Positions 1 to 9,763 are shown, numbered from the stretch's first letter. The stretch is DNA of 64,000 nucleotides from Verrucomicrobiota bacterium (GCA_039818205.1 JBCBUK010000003.1:288001-352000), one strand, 5' to 3'. Numbers and translations are program-made. The notes: generated from the sequence alone by a model not told the origin.

Positions 1-422
1 GGGTTGTGAGGCGTCGCTTCAATCTTTGGTTCAAATCGTTTCCATTGTTGCAGCGAATTGAAGATCAGCGTGTGAGCGAAGGGAAGTAGCCGCTCGATCT
101 CCGCAGCCTTGTAAGCAGCCGCATAGACGTGGACTTCCTTGCCAAAATACTCTTGGGCTAGGAGAGCTTCGTGGAGCCCGCTTGCCGTTGTGCCGTCCAG
201 GTATTTTGCCACAAGCGGATAGGTGCCATGCATCGAGAATCCCTTTTGAGCGAGGAGGATTTTCGCCCCAGTCCGCTCACGAACCGAAGCCAGGATTTGG
301 CAGTTTTCGGCAAGGCGATCCAACTGGACGATGTAGCAGGGAGAGGGCGATTCCTGAACGGGAATGCTCCGAAGTGTGGATAGGCGCTCGGGCGTTAAGG
401 GTGGGGTTGGGTCCTGCGACAT
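1..422 (-). CDS. nspC: Carboxynorspermidine/carboxyspermidine decarboxylase, N-terminal part (runs off the window edge)
   Basis: Not in the ORF track. Hand translation from ATG at 422 gives MSQDPTPP...SPCYIVQLDRLAENCQILASVRERTGAKILLAQKGFSMHGTYPLVAKYLDGTTASGLHEALLAQEYFGKEVHVYAAAY...HTLIFNSLQQWKRF. This matches NspC motifs (PLP lysine in AxKGFS, TASxLxEA, EVHxY, IFNS). The partner dehydrogenase lies upstream. Confidence 0.88.
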   Translation of the reverse strand, partial: MSQDPTPPLTPERLSTLRSIPVQESPSPCYIVQLDRLAENCQILASVRERTGAKILLAQKGFSMHGTYPLVAKYLDGTTASGLHEALLAQEYFGKEVHVYAAAYKAAEIERLLPFAHTLIFNSLQQWKRFEPKIEATPHN

Positions 423-474
423 TGTTTCGATTGAACGGCCTTCCAGCTCGATAGGGCAAGCGGATTCGATTGGG

Positions 475-1554
475 CTATTTCTTTCTCAGCAGCACCCCGA
501 CGGAGATGTAGCGAAGGGTGTAGCGTTCGGGATCCTCAATCATGCGCTCGACTTGGCGTTGGAAGAGTCGATCCGTGATTGCAGCCCGGTCTAGGTCTTT
601 CGGCAATTTTGACTGGATGGCGGGTTCACTATATGCGCGAACGAAGTTCGAGAATTTGTGTGCCCAGGTTACTACGTCGCCAGTCTTCTTAAACTCTAGA
701 TTGAAGGCGATGGGCGACTCTATTGTTTCCGCTGAGACGATTTCAAACGAATCCCTCAGATACGCATCCTCTTTGAGTGGCGCGACGAAATCTTCCAGGT
801 CTCGAAAAATGGTTGGATAGATGAGATAATCGTAGGCCTCGCGGGTGAGCACACCCTCGTTCACGAGGTCGACAAAGCTGTCGTTGAGGGAATCGAAGGA
901 TCCGTGCGCCGTGGAGTTCTCGCCGAGACGCCCAAATGTCTGCGCCAGGAGGAAGCCTCCCGGTTTGAGCTCCTGGGCACGGGCCGTGAAGAAATCGCGG
1001 AGATCCTGCTGGCCAATCGCTTGAACGGGCTTCAAGTCTTCGGGATGGACCGGCTCGCCGCGCCCCTTTGCGTAAGGTGATGGTGTGTCCGAAATGATGG
1101 TTCCGCGGAGGCGAGTGTCTGGCACATGGGAGAGCCATCCAAGCATGTTGAACGTTGTTACGACGTCGACTGATTCATCAGGCACGAGCCGCCCGTAGGC
1201 CGAACCAGCAGTGGCTGTTGGGTAGACATTGCCACCGTCGAAAACGCATTTGCCGTTGGGAAATAGGTTCAGGAAGACCTGGGTGAAATCGTTGCCGGGC
1301 AGGTCGCAGAGTATCGGCTGAATCGGTCGATCCGTCAGGCAGCGTACTTGATTTATTATCCGCGTTTGGGCGACAATCGCGTTGCCTCCTTCCGAGGATC
1401 CTACGTCCATCAAACGAATGGGACCCGAGGAATCGACAGGCAAATCGGGTAGCGAGGATTCGAGAATTGGCAAGAAGCTGAGCAGTGCATCTCGTTGGGG
1501 TGATGAATTGGCGTTATAAAACCCGCCTCCGATCATGTGTATTTCGTTCGACAT
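475..1554 (-). CDS. SAM-dependent carboxyl methyltransferase, SABATH (Methyltransf_7)-like
   Basis: HMIGGGFYNANSSPQ, MDVGSSEGGNA, DLPGNDF, GSAYGRLVP, GWLSHVP and ARAQELKPGG follow the SABATH motif order. Confidence 0.82.
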   Translation of the reverse strand: MSNEIHMIGGGFYNANSSPQRDALLSFLPILESSLPDLPVDSSGPIRLMDVGSSEGGNAIVAQTRIINQVRCLTDRPIQPILCDLPGNDFTQVFLNLFPNGKCVFDGGNVYPTATAGSAYGRLVPDESVDVVTTFNMLGWLSHVPDTRLRGTIISDTPSPYAKGRGEPVHPEDLKPVQAIGQQDLRDFFTARAQELKPGGFLLAQTFGRLGENSTAHGSFDSLNDSFVDLVNEGVLTREAYDYLIYPTIFRDLEDFVAPLKEDAYLRDSFEIVSAETIESPIAFNLEFKKTGDVVTWAHKFSNFVRAYSEPAIQSKLPKDLDRAAITDRLFQRQVERMIEDPERYTLRYISVGVLLRKK

Positions 1555-1570
1555 CGTGGGTAATTCCGAG

Positions 1571-2194
1571 CTACTTCAGGACCTGCCACTGTAGAAGGAT
1601 TTCTCGAATCTCTTCGATTCTATCGCGGTTGCTACCGAAATCGTTAATTCCGACCCGCGACGAGGAGAATACCTCGATTCTTTCGGGATTCGATCGGGCC
1701 TGAAAAATGACGTCGTCCTGGTATTTTAGGAGTGATGTTTCGGCGACTGCTTGAATCTGTCCATCCGTAACGCGGATTCTGAGGTATTGCGGATTGCGTT
1801 CTAGCAACTCAAGAAGCTTCGTCAGTGCGTAGTCGGCTTTTCCTCGGCAGATGAATGGCGCAATGTAGGCTTCCGAAGATTCCGGTGCTTCGCTGCTAAC
1901 CATGGGTGGAGCGGCCTTCACTTCTGGCAATTGGGTTGTGTCTTCCCAATGCAAATCTCCTTTGTTCCGAGACTGCCAGGTGGTAACCGTTGTGATGGTC
2001 CCAGCGATGCAGACGAGCACGATTATATATAAGATGATCTTGCCCGTCGGGCTCATCCGCTTGGTCACTGGCGGCACGGAGACTAGGCCGTCGATATCAT
2101 CCTTCAAGATCTCTAAGGGGCTGCGATCTGATTGCGTTTTTTTTGATGAACGATGCCGGTTTTTGGATCTGGAGGAGGAACGGGAGGAGCTCAT
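1571..2194 (-). CDS. DUF1499-like membrane-anchored protein
   Basis: Ser/Arg-rich N-tail, one TM helix, C-terminal LLKYQDDV...IEVFSSSRVGINDFGSNRDRIEEIR typical of DUF1499. Confidence 0.75.
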   Translation of the reverse strand: MSSSRSSSRSKNRHRSSKKTQSDRSPLEILKDDIDGLVSVPPVTKRMSPTGKIILYIIVLVCIAGTITTVTTWQSRNKGDLHWEDTTQLPEVKAAPPMVSSEAPESSEAYIAPFICRGKADYALTKLLELLERNPQYLRIRVTDGQIQAVAETSLLKYQDDVIFQARSNPERIEVFSSSRVGINDFGSNRDRIEEIREILLQWQVLK

Positions 2195-2290
2195 TGACGA
2201 AATTGCGGAGGCGTAAGGGGGAAACTGGATAAAAATAATTTTATAGGTGGCGGTGGCAAGTTGCTACTTTTCGATCGAATCGTCTGGGAG

Positions 2291-2657
2291 TTATTCGCTC
2301 CAGAAAAAGCCGATCACGTAACCATCTGGGTCAGAAATATAGATTTCCTTTCCATATGGCATTGTTCTGAGGGGCTGAACAATCTCAATTTCTTTTTCGC
2401 AGATCGCTTGGTAAACCCTCGTCGATATCCAGAACGCCGAAAGTATTGTCCAAGTGCTGGTTATCTCTCTTGAATTTCCGTTCGGCGAGCGACACGTCAC
2501 CCGATTTCAGATGGATGGAATGACCAGTGCAGATCACCCCAGCATGTAAGTCCTGATATTGGATATTTAGTTCGCATCCGAGCGCTTCCGTGCAGAACCG
2601 TATCGAAGCATCAATATCTGAAACAACAAACTGAGGGCTCATACGGTCCAGGTTCAT
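2291..2657 (-). pseudogene. Frameshifted VOC/glyoxalase-family gene
   Basis: The N-half (PQFVVSDIDASIRF...LG...DIDE) and C-half (VYQAICEK...PLRTMPYGKEIYISDPDGYVIGF) are in different frames. Removing one G of the GGG at 2416-2418 joins them. Confidence 0.7.
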
Positions 2658-2706
2658 TACGATTTCTGGATTCATGCGCATACGGAAAAATACCACGTTT
2701 TGGCAG

Positions 2707-3903
2707 TTAGTCTAGCGGTAGGTCAATCACCTGCCAGGGGAGACCCCTCAAGTTTAATTGCTCCATAAATGGGTCGGGGTCGAGCTGCTCCATGTTCCAA
2801 ACGCCGTCTTTACGCCATTTGCCGGTTAGAATCATCATGCCGCCGATCATAGCGGGCACGCCCGTGGTGTAGCTAATCGCTTGGCTCGAAACCTCCTTGT
2901 AGCACTCTTCGTGGTCGCAGGAATTGTAGATGAATACGCGCTTTTTCTTACCATCTTTGGTTCCAACTATGTCGCAGCCGATACACGTCTTACCCTTGGT
3001 GCGCGGACCTAGGGAGGCGGGATCTGGCAGAACCTCCCGCAGGAATTCGATCGGAGCAATCGATTGGCCCTTGAAATCGATCGGCTCGATCGCGGTCATC
3101 CCCACGTTTTGCAGGACGTTCAGATGGGTCAGGTATTTTTGTGAGAAGGTCATCCAGAAACGAATGCGTTTTAGGCCCTTGATGTTCTGGCAAAGGGATT
3201 CGAGCTCCTCATGGTAGAGTAGGTAGGCGTCTTGAGGCCCAACAACTGGGAAGTCGTAAACCTGCTTTATGCTCATAGCCTCAATTTCTTTCCATTCACC
3301 TTGTTCCCAGTAGCGACCATTTTGAGTAATCTCCCGGATGTTGATCTCTGGATTAAAGTTGGTGGCAAAGGGATAGCCGTGGTCACCCGCGTTGGCGTCG
3401 AGGATGTCGATTGTCTCGATCTCATCGAATAGATGCTTCTGGGCGTAGGCGCAAAAAACGTTGGTCACACCGGGGTCAAATCCGCTCCCGAGCAGGGCCA
3501 TGCGATTTGCCGACTGGTAGCGCTCCTGATAAGCCCACTGCCATTTGTATTCGAATTTTGCCTCATTGGGCGGCTCGTAGTTGGCGGTGTCAAGGTAGTC
3601 GACTCCAGCGGCAAGGCAGGCATCCATGAGCGGCAGGTCCTGATAGGGCAGGGCAACATTGAGCACCAGGTCCGGCTTCTCGGTATTCAAAAACTCCGTT
3701 GTCACCGCGACGTCATCGGCATCAATTGCCGCGACTCGAATCTCGCGACCCTGCTTGGCCAGGATATCGGCAGCAATGGCTTCACACTTAGAAAGCGTGC
3801 GAGATGCCAGCACGATTTCCGAGAAAACCTCAGGGACCTGAGCGCACTTATGGGCGACGACGTTACCGACACCTCCTGCTCCTACAATAATGACTTTTGC
3901 CAT
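2707..3903 (-). CDS. Carboxynorspermidine/carboxyspermidine dehydrogenase (saccharopine dehydrogenase family)
   Basis: GAGGVG Rossmann motif, NVALPYQD, YLDTANYEP, GSGFDPGVTNVF, FATNFNPEINIRE, QAISYTTGVPA; linked to nspC. Confidence 0.9.
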   Translation of the reverse strand: MAKVIIVGAGGVGNVVAHKCAQVPEVFSEIVLASRTLSKCEAIAADILAKQGREIRVAAIDADDVAVTTEFLNTEKPDLVLNVALPYQDLPLMDACLAAGVDYLDTANYEPPNEAKFEYKWQWAYQERYQSANRMALLGSGFDPGVTNVFCAYAQKHLFDEIETIDILDANAGDHGYPFATNFNPEINIREITQNGRYWEQGEWKEIEAMSIKQVYDFPVVGPQDAYLLYHEELESLCQNIKGLKRIRFWMTFSQKYLTHLNVLQNVGMTAIEPIDFKGQSIAPIEFLREVLPDPASLGPRTKGKTCIGCDIVGTKDGKKKRVFIYNSCDHEECYKEVSSQAISYTTGVPAMIGGMMILTGKWRKDGVWNMEQLDPDPFMEQLNLRGLPWQVIDLPLD

Positions 3904-4081
3904 GGAGTCAGTCAGTTCAATTCGCGGAACAGTTCAAGGAAATCTTGCCCCGCATTTTATTGAGGCACGGAATCGATCATCGAGCTACTGAGGGCAAGTG
4001 GGCTTCATCATGCGGCGCTTTTCTTGGCCACACTGGGGAATGAAATTGATGGCAACGCCCGCGACTGAGCGTCCACCGGGG

Positions 4082-5587
4082 CTACTTGGTTTCAGCGGTG
4101 CTGGCCGGTTCCGAATTCTCGCTCCAGAGATTCTTCTCCTTGATGATTTCGACAACGGCGTCTGGGACCGCCTCCTCCCATGAGGGGTCGCCATTCTGCA
4201 ACCGCCGCATCACTTCGCGAGAGAAGATGTTTAAGTAGTCCTTGTTGGCTCCAAGCACCGGCATCAGAAAATGGTTTTCCAACAAGTACGCATACAAGTG
4301 GCGCAGGTGGTTTTTGACGCGGAGATTATCGGCAGTGATGAGCATTTTGCTTTCGAAACTAGGCGATGTTCCTTGGCGCTTATCACCGCTGCCGCCGAAA
4401 TACTCGTGGTAGCCGGAGCCCATCATTGGATAGACGTAGAGCTTCACCTTCTCTTTGAATAAGCGCCCGAAGGATTCCAGAATGCCCCCTTCAAGGTGCT
4501 GGTAGTACTCTTCGTTGAAAATGGCCTGTAGGTGGTTTATGCCAAGCACAAGCCCGACCATGCGATCGGTATACTGGCGGAAATATGCCGAGAGCCGATA
4601 ATACTCTTGGTAATTGGATACCAGCACCGGATAGCCCAGCGTATTGATCGTATGAACCCGCGCGAGAAAATCGTCGTAGTCGATGTCTTGTCCCTTCCCG
4701 AGGAGGTTCTTCATCGTGATTTCAAAGAGGGGCATAACCTGTTCGTTCTGCATCGTGTCCTCTTGAACAAACTGGCCGCCCGCAGCATTGATCATGTCCA
4801 CGTTGACGTGGGTGACTGGACGGAACGATCCACGCTCGGCCAAGATCGCTTTCTTGTAGAACGCTTCCATTGGTAGGAGGAAGCCGCCTTTGGAATTGAA
4901 CAAAACCGCGTTGGTTAGCCCATGCTCGACAAGTTTTAGGCCGACGATGGGGTTCTGGATGTTCTCGAAAGCTGGCCCAATGAACTCAAGCATGTCGACC
5001 TCGATCCGATCATCTTCTAAGTGATCAAGGAGGGAGGGAATGAACTGATCCATATCTAGTTGGTAAACCAGCGCAGCCCAAATGAAGTTCACGCCGAACA
5101 CACCAAGAGCGTCTTGTTGCGCTTGAGCGGTTTTTTCCAGGAGGCGCAGGTGGACAAGGATGTCGTGAGGCTCGCCGCCAGGAGTCAGCTGAATACGCAT
5201 TCCCATCCACCCATGGCCCGGCTTCCGGTTGGAGTAACTCGCCGTGGCCACGGTATTGGCGTATACGAAAAATGTGGTGTCCTGGCCACGGTGCTCGCCC
5301 AGCCGTTCAAGCAGGAGGTGATACTCGTGATCAAGCATCTGAACCAAGCGCTCCCGCGAAACGTACCGGGAGGCTTTTCCGTAGATCGAGTCACTAAACT
5401 TCATGTCGTAGGCCGACATGCTCTTGGCGATTGTGCCAGCCGCGCCGCCCGCTTTAAAAAAGTGCCGAGCAACCTCCTGCCCAGCACCAATTTCGGCAAA
5501 GGTTCCGTAAACATCCTGGTCCAAGTTGATCAGGAGGGCCTTGCGATTGGTGGTAAGTTCAGTCGTTGGTAGCTCCGGGTTTTTCAT
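4082..5587 (-). CDS. Conserved protein of unknown function with a nucleotidyltransferase-like C-terminal region
   Basis: ~500 aa. GTFAEIGAGQEVARHFF...AKSMSAYD N-domain; RGSFRPVT and a C-terminal WEEAVPDAVVEIIKEKNLW resembling NadD-type folds. Start placed at ATG 5587. Confidence 0.6.
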   Translation of the reverse strand: MKNPELPTTELTTNRKALLINLDQDVYGTFAEIGAGQEVARHFFKAGGAAGTIAKSMSAYDMKFSDSIYGKASRYVSRERLVQMLDHEYHLLLERLGEHRGQDTTFFVYANTVATASYSNRKPGHGWMGMRIQLTPGGEPHDILVHLRLLEKTAQAQQDALGVFGVNFIWAALVYQLDMDQFIPSLLDHLEDDRIEVDMLEFIGPAFENIQNPIVGLKLVEHGLTNAVLFNSKGGFLLPMEAFYKKAILAERGSFRPVTHVNVDMINAAGGQFVQEDTMQNEQVMPLFEITMKNLLGKGQDIDYDDFLARVHTINTLGYPVLVSNYQEYYRLSAYFRQYTDRMVGLVLGINHLQAIFNEEYYQHLEGGILESFGRLFKEKVKLYVYPMMGSGYHEYFGGSGDKRQGTSPSFESKMLITADNLRVKNHLRHLYAYLLENHFLMPVLGANKDYLNIFSREVMRRLQNGDPSWEEAVPDAVVEIIKEKNLWSENSEPASTAETK

Positions 5588-5787
5588 GATTCCCAAAAGC
5601 TAGCAGGAATCAGACCGAGCGATCAATCGGGAATCGTCGCGATTTATGTGAACTCATTGTAGCAAAAACCGGTCAAAATACGCCGTTGGTGACTAAAATT
5701 GCACGCGAGTGTGATATTTTGACTCAATATGCGGGATGCTGTTGTTGCCAAACCGTGTGATCCCTCTACAGTTTTAATAACTGATTC

Positions 5788-7617
5788 ATGAAAGACTTTC
5801 TAAAAATCGTTCTCGGTAATCTGACGGCACAAGCCATCGTCGTCTGCACAGGATTCATTTTTCTCATGATTTTCATGGTGATGCTGATCGTTGGCGGATC
5901 GAACGAGCCGGTGCGCATCCAGAATGGTTCGATTGTCGTGGTCGATCTTTGGGCAAACATTAGCGACTCGCCGCAATCGGAGAGTTTGAGCGAGGCTATT
6001 GGCAACTCGCTCAACGGTTCCTATACGCCCAACTATTATCTGCTGGAGCTGATCGATGGCATCGAGCGCGCGGCCGAAGATGACGATGTTGACGGTCTAT
6101 TCCTCCACGGCAGCCTGTTGCCGGTGGGCTATGGCTCTGGGCTGGCAACGGTATCAGAAGTCCGCGATGCCTTGATTGCGTTCAAGGAGACCGGCAAACC
6201 GATTTACGCCTATCTCGTCGATCCGGATATTAGCGATTTCTACCTGATGTCGGTCGCGGACAAGCTTTATATGAATCCGTATGGCCTGGTCAGCTTGAAT
6301 GGCCTTGCTGCCGAGGCGATCTACTTTGGTGATGCCTTCAAAAAATACGGAATCGGCGTCCAAGCCACCAAAGTGGGCAAATACAAGTCGGCGGTGGAGA
6401 CATTTACCGGAAATTCTATGAGCAGTGCCGATCGCGAGCAGTTGACCGAGCTCATCGACGACCTCTGGATGGAAATCGTAACCGATATTGCTGATTCGCG
6501 TGACATGAGCGGGCAGCAGTTGATGGAGCTCACGGATGATCCTGGGTTCTTCATTGCCGACCAGGCGGTGGAGTTCGGTCTGATTGATCAATCCGCATAT
6601 TTTGATGAGGTTATCGCGGATCTACAGGAGAACCACAAATACGACGGCGAAATCGACTCGTTCGCGCAAGTCGCAATGAGTGACTACATTGCCACCCAAG
6701 GTTTCCGTGCCGGTGGGCCGCCATTGTGGCCGTCGGCCAACCAAATCGCGATCGTCTATGCCGAGGGTGAGATTGTCGATGGGGAAGGTTACCCGGAGCA
6801 GGTCGGTGGTGATCGTCTGGCCCGTCAGCTCCGCGATTTGCGGGAAGATGGCAATGTCGCCGCAATCGTTTTGCGAGTTAACAGCCCTGGAGGCAGCGCT
6901 GTCGCATCCGAGGTGATTCAACGCGAGGTCCGCATGGCTGCCGAAACCAAGCCCGTTGTCGTTTCGATGGGGTCTTATGCGGCCAGCGGTGGATATTGGA
7001 TTTCTGCCTATGCTGATCGTATTTTTGCGGAACCTGCGACGGTCACCGGTTCCATTGGCGTGTTTGGTTTGATTCCCAATTTTAAGGAGCTGGCCAATAA
7101 CCACGGTGTGACCTTCGACGGCGTGAAGACCAGCAACTACGCTGACCTTTTCACAATCTCTCGGCCGAAGACCGACGCAGAGATGGAATTGATCCAGCAA
7201 TTTACCGACTATCTCTACGTCGAGTTTATCAACAAGGTTGCCGAGGGCCGCGATCTACCGGTCGATGAGGTGCAAGAAATTGCGCAGGGCAGGGTCTGGA
7301 GTGGGCTGGACGCTCACAAGATTGGCCTGGTTGATGAAATCGGCGGATTGCGCACGGCGATCAACTATGCCGCCGAAGAGGCCGGCGTGAGCTACGATTT
7401 TTCAATCATCCAAGTTCCCGAGGCTCAAGGTCTGGCGGAATCGATTGCGATGCTTATGGAGAGTGCTCCTGGAGCCCCGCCACTGGTTCGCGCCCCCACG
7501 GATGATATCGTGGAGGCAACGATTGGTCGGATTAAGCGCGACCTGGAGATGGTGCGCTCATTCAATGATCCGCGCGGCGTTTATGCCCGCCTACCGTTTT
7601 CGGTCGAAATCCGCTAG
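5788..7617 (+). CDS. sppA: Signal peptide peptidase SppA, 67-kDa type
   Basis: N-terminal TM, KVGKYKSAVE, LRVNSPGGS, VVSMGSYAASGGYWIS, TGSIGVFG, AQGRVWSG. Confidence 0.95.
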   Translation: MKDFLKIVLGNLTAQAIVVCTGFIFLMIFMVMLIVGGSNEPVRIQNGSIVVVDLWANISDSPQSESLSEAIGNSLNGSYTPNYYLLELIDGIERAAEDDDVDGLFLHGSLLPVGYGSGLATVSEVRDALIAFKETGKPIYAYLVDPDISDFYLMSVADKLYMNPYGLVSLNGLAAEAIYFGDAFKKYGIGVQATKVGKYKSAVETFTGNSMSSADREQLTELIDDLWMEIVTDIADSRDMSGQQLMELTDDPGFFIADQAVEFGLIDQSAYFDEVIADLQENHKYDGEIDSFAQVAMSDYIATQGFRAGGPPLWPSANQIAIVYAEGEIVDGEGYPEQVGGDRLARQLRDLREDGNVAAIVLRVNSPGGSAVASEVIQREVRMAAETKPVVVSMGSYAASGGYWISAYADRIFAEPATVTGSIGVFGLIPNFKELANNHGVTFDGVKTSNYADLFTISRPKTDAEMELIQQFTDYLYVEFINKVAEGRDLPVDEVQEIAQGRVWSGLDAHKIGLVDEIGGLRTAINYAAEEAGVSYDFSIIQVPEAQGLAESIAMLMESAPGAPPLVRAPTDDIVEATIGRIKRDLEMVRSFNDPRGVYARLPFSVEIR

Positions 7618-9056
7618 TTGGATTTCGATGCTTGAGGCGGGATGCCGGCATCATCGGCGATGATCATTTCGCCGATCTCAACGCTCGCTTCCCGGTTGGG
7701 TTGCTTGCTGACTGCGACGATGGCAAACTTGCCCTTGGCTGAATCGATCGGAGAAAGCGGCGTCACCCGCCAAACTGCGTTTGCCTTATCGGCAATATCG
7801 AGCTCAACCTCGGGCGGAAAGAGCTCTGCCAACAGGTCGAAATGATCGACTTGGAATCCAAGGCTGCGGAGGAACGCTTTGTTCAATGCGATGGCCGCGC
7901 TGTGGTCAAAACCGTCAATTTCACCAATGTATTCGACGGAAAATAGATACTGTTTGGCGGTTGGAGAGATGCGACCAATGAAGTTGTTCTTATCGTCTAG
8001 AGAAAGTGAAATGGCCTCGGGCATGGTGCCTTCAGTCGCTTCGTTTGCGGCGACTTCGGTTGTTTCTTCAGTTTCCTCAGCAGCGACTTCAGTTTCGCCT
8101 TCCTCAGCAGTTGCCGCGGCAACGGTCTCCTCGACTTCGACCTCGGGTGCTTCTTCGACGCTCACTCCGATGATGTCAGAGTTCTCCTCCGAGGTCGGGA
8201 TGAGTACCAAAGTCTGTTCAATGAGCTTGCCTGATCGCAGGTCGAGTGCGTTGAGCGAATAGATGCCGGCCGATTCAGCTGGGCTGTAAATGACCTCCAC
8301 GAAAATCATCGCTGCCTTGAATTTGGCAAGCGTCGTTAGGCGACCTTCGAAATCGATTTCAAAGCTGTCTTTTTTGGGAGCTATCGTGAATTCGGTGACC
8401 TCTTCCTCGAAGGTGTACCGATTTCCATCATATTTGCTAATTGCCTCGCTCAGCATGGTGGTCAGCTCCTGAGACTTGAGGTGGCGTGCGCTGTCGATAA
8501 CGAAGGCGCCACCGAAATAGATCTTGTTGTAACCCTGGTTCCAGAGTTCGTAGAGAAGGGCCTCGGTTGGGGCTTGAACGGCTTCCTTCAGGGGAAGCGT
8601 GTCCACCTCGTAGGCGACCTGCTGCGCGGCAAAACGCTTTAGCTGGGCATCGCGATTGCTAACGGCTTTTGCCTTCATTTGGTTCAAGCTGGCGTTGAGT
8701 CCTTCCAGTTTTGCCTTGCCCGACTCTGCCATGGCTTTGCCTTTTTTGCGGTCGGCGTCGATTCGGGATTTTTCGACGAACTGGCTGTATTGCTTCTTGG
8801 CGAGCCATTCGCCGGTTTCAATATCGGCTTCGGCTTGTTCAAGCTGGCGCAGGGTGTCGCGCCAGACTCGCAATTCGTCGGGAGTCAGGTTTCGCTCGAC
8901 CTCTTCGTTGGAAATATTGATCACCACCTCTTCAGTCTTCGTCGGCTTCTTTTTGGCCGCAGAGGCGGACAAGCCGCTGAAGAGCATTGCTACAGCAAGC
9001 AGAGCGTGAACAACTGGGAAACGGCGTCGAGACGCGGAAGCGGAGGTATAAGGCAT
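7614..9056 (-). CDS. Hypothetical exported protein
   Basis: 480-aa ORF with a signal-peptide-like N-terminus (RRR-hydrophobic-ASA), a coiled-coil region and a Glu/Thr/Ala-rich linker. Confidence 0.75.
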   Translation of the reverse strand: MPYTSASASRRRFPVVHALLAVAMLFSGLSASAAKKKPTKTEEVVINISNEEVERNLTPDELRVWRDTLRQLEQAEADIETGEWLAKKQYSQFVEKSRIDADRKKGKAMAESGKAKLEGLNASLNQMKAKAVSNRDAQLKRFAAQQVAYEVDTLPLKEAVQAPTEALLYELWNQGYNKIYFGGAFVIDSARHLKSQELTTMLSEAISKYDGNRYTFEEEVTEFTIAPKKDSFEIDFEGRLTTLAKFKAAMIFVEVIYSPAESAGIYSLNALDLRSGKLIEQTLVLIPTSEENSDIIGVSVEEAPEVEVEETVAAATAEEGETEVAAEETEETTEVAANEATEGTMPEAISLSLDDKNNFIGRISPTAKQYLFSVEYIGEIDGFDHSAAIALNKAFLRSLGFQVDHFDLLAELFPPEVELDIADKANAVWRVTPLSPIDSAKGKFAIVAVSKQPNREASVEIGEMIIADDAGIPPQASKSN

Positions 9057-9205
9057 ATTCTCTTTATCGGTTTTCAGAATAAAAGCTTACTTAGGATAAT
9101 CTTCGTATACTGGGAGCCAAGCCTATATAAATCTATCACTTGAGCAATCAATGTGCGCTGTTCGCAGGTTTGACATTTCGGTAAAGAACTCGTTCTTTGG
9201 GAGGA

Positions 9206-9763
9206 ATGATCAATGAAACGCTCTACTTGACGCGGGATTGCCCCGCAACGTTGATACCGGCTGGTGACATGTTTACTTTGGCTAAGGGAAGTCCCGTTAA
9301 CGTCAACCAGGCTCTCGGTGGCTCGGTCACTATCACCGCACCCAACGGCATGTTTCGAATTGCTCGAGAGAATTTTGATGCTCTGGGCGAGGAAGCTGGT
9401 ATTTGGTTGAAACAACAAGACGGATCGACGGATGAAGAGCTGGATGGCCCGTTTAGTGAAGATAAGGTATGGGCGGTTTTGCGTAACTGTTTCGACCCTG
9501 AAATCCCCGTAAATATTGTGGACCTGGGCTTGATCTACGATTTGACGAGCGAAGAATCGGACGCCGGTAAGCATCGAGTCTCGGTGCAGATGACCCTTAC
9601 GGCCCAAGGCTGTGGTATGGGCCCGGTGATTGCTGCCGACGCCAAAGAGAAAATTGAGGGTCTGGAGGATGTCGATTTTGCCGATGTTCAAATCGTCTGG
9701 GACCCACCTTGGAATCCGAAGATGATTTCTGAAGCTGGTAAGCAGAAATTGGGTCTCACCTAG
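9206..9763 (+). CDS. sufT: Fe-S cluster assembly protein SufT (DUF59)
   Basis: RDCPATLIPAG, QALGGSVT, FDPEIPVNIVDLGLIY, MTLTAQGCGMG, VWDPPW. Confidence 0.88.
   Translation: MINETLYLTRDCPATLIPAGDMFTLAKGSPVNVNQALGGSVTITAPNGMFRIARENFDALGEEAGIWLKQQDGSTDEELDGPFSEDKVWAVLRNCFDPEIPVNIVDLGLIYDLTSEESDAGKHRVSVQMTLTAQGCGMGPVIAADAKEKIEGLEDVDFADVQIVWDPPWNPKMISEAGKQKLGLT

Noticed and set aside
2412..2418. G GGT TTA slippery-like heptamer at the VOC frameshift, suggesting programmed -1 frameshifting
   Set aside because: The C-terminal half lies in the +1 frame, so a -1 slip would not restore the protein.
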